Shown here: in pieces, positions 63,060 to 64,000 of the stretch | Layout of the letters: each line of letters begins with the position of its first letter | Position numbering within the stretch: position 1 is the first letter of the stretch | Origin: Mobula hypostoma | Taxonomy: Eukaryota | Reading direction: 5' to 3' | Assembly: GCF_963921235.1 (NCBI RefSeq) | Contig: NC_086109.1 | Location: forward strand, 10,914,001-10,978,000 | DNA: 64,000 nucleotides | Program-made: the position numbers and the translations under genes | Notes under the pieces: generated by a model | The model's input: only the letters and a program-made list of their open reading frames with translations | Database searches by the model: none | What the model was told of the DNA's origin: nothing

Positions 63060-63760
63060 ATAGAAACATAGAAACATAGAAAATAGGTGCAGGAGTAGGC
63101 CATTCGGCCCTTTGAGCCTGCACCGCCATTTATTATGATCATGGCTGATCATCCAACTCAGAACCCAGCCTTCCCTCCATACCCCCTGACCCCTGTAGCC
63201 ACAAGGGCCAAATCTAACTCCCTCTTAAACATAGCCAATGAACTGGCCTCAACAGTTTGCTGTGGCAGAGAATTCCACAGATTCACCACTCTCTGTGTGA
63301 AGAAGTTTTTCCTAATCTCGGTCCTAAAAGGCTTCCCCTTTATCCTCAAACTGTGACCCCTCATTCTGGACTTCCCCAACATCGGGAACAATCTTCCTGC
63401 ATCTAGCCTGTCCAATCCCTTTAGGATTTTATACGTTTCAATCAGATCCCCCCTCAATCTTCTAAATTCCAACGAGTACAAGCCCAGTTCATCCGGTCTT
63501 TCTTCATATGAAAGTCCTGCCATCCCAGGAATCAATCTGGTGAACCTTCTTTGTACTCCCTCTATGGCAAGGATGTCTTTCCTCAGATTAGGGGACCAAA
63601 ACTGCACACAATACTCCAGGTGTGGTCTCACCAAGGCCTTGTACAACTGCAGTAGTACCTCCCTGCTCCTGTACTCGAATCCTCTCGCTATAAATGCCAG
63701 CATACCATTCGCCTTTTTCACCGCCTGCTGTACCTGCATTCCCACTTTCAATGACTGGTG
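63060..63760 (-). mobile_element. Young 5'-truncated CR1 with an open ORF2 C-terminus (197 aa)
   Basis: Uninterrupted ORF 63158..63751. The (ATGTTTCT)n tail abuts the (TG)n microsatellite at 63036-63059. Confidence 0.9.
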
Positions 63761-64000
63761 TATGTGTGTACATTTACCAGGTTCCCTCCGTCCCAGCTAC
63801 TGTGGGCGCCCACATTTGTTTTCCTGATAACCTTGCATTGTTTTTCATGTTAGTAGCTACAACCGGCAGGTTTGGTGCATGATAAACCTTTTCAATCCCT
63901 GTGTTGCTGAGGCGTATGGATCGGGAAGATCCCAGAATCAGACCATCACTCATATATAAGCATTTTGATATTTGTTTATAACACTTTAAGCCCATAGACT

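Noticed and set aside
52300..64000. Neighbouring FGF23 or FGF19 exons expected from synteny
   Set aside because: No recognisable exon found by eye in this interval; they may lie outside the window.

Overview
Eukaryotic, CpG-depleted, repeat-dense vertebrate DNA. The repeat inventory (CR1, Rex1/Babar, Nimb, L1 and RTE LINE fragments, V-SINEs, Penelope-derived foldbacks, Tc1 and hAT MITEs) suggests a cartilaginous fish, probably a ray; this is inference. There is one clear host gene: a three-exon FGF4/5/6-subfamily gene, most likely FGF6, on the + strand (CDS 28203-28506, 48959-49062, 52096-52272; 194 aa; introns about 20.5 kb and 3.0 kb). A perfect MEF2 site and an E-box lie just upstream of its ATG. 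The first 7 kb hold two head-to-tail Nimb/I-clade LINEs; the second sits at the apparent 5' junction of the first with a 12-bp TSD. Most ORFs in the supplied track are repeat remnants or spurious. The most notable non-obvious structures are minimal hammerhead-ribozyme motifs in the Penelope-derived foldbacks, a MITE-flanked composite transposon, a ~680-bp non-autonomous retroposon with a YY1 motif and no obvious Pol III head, a tRNA/CORE SINE head carrying two different tails, solo LTRs, and a 56-bp minisatellite downstream of the FGF gene. No prokaryotic-type system (CRISPR, defence operon) is present. Boundaries of old repeat fragments are approximate.
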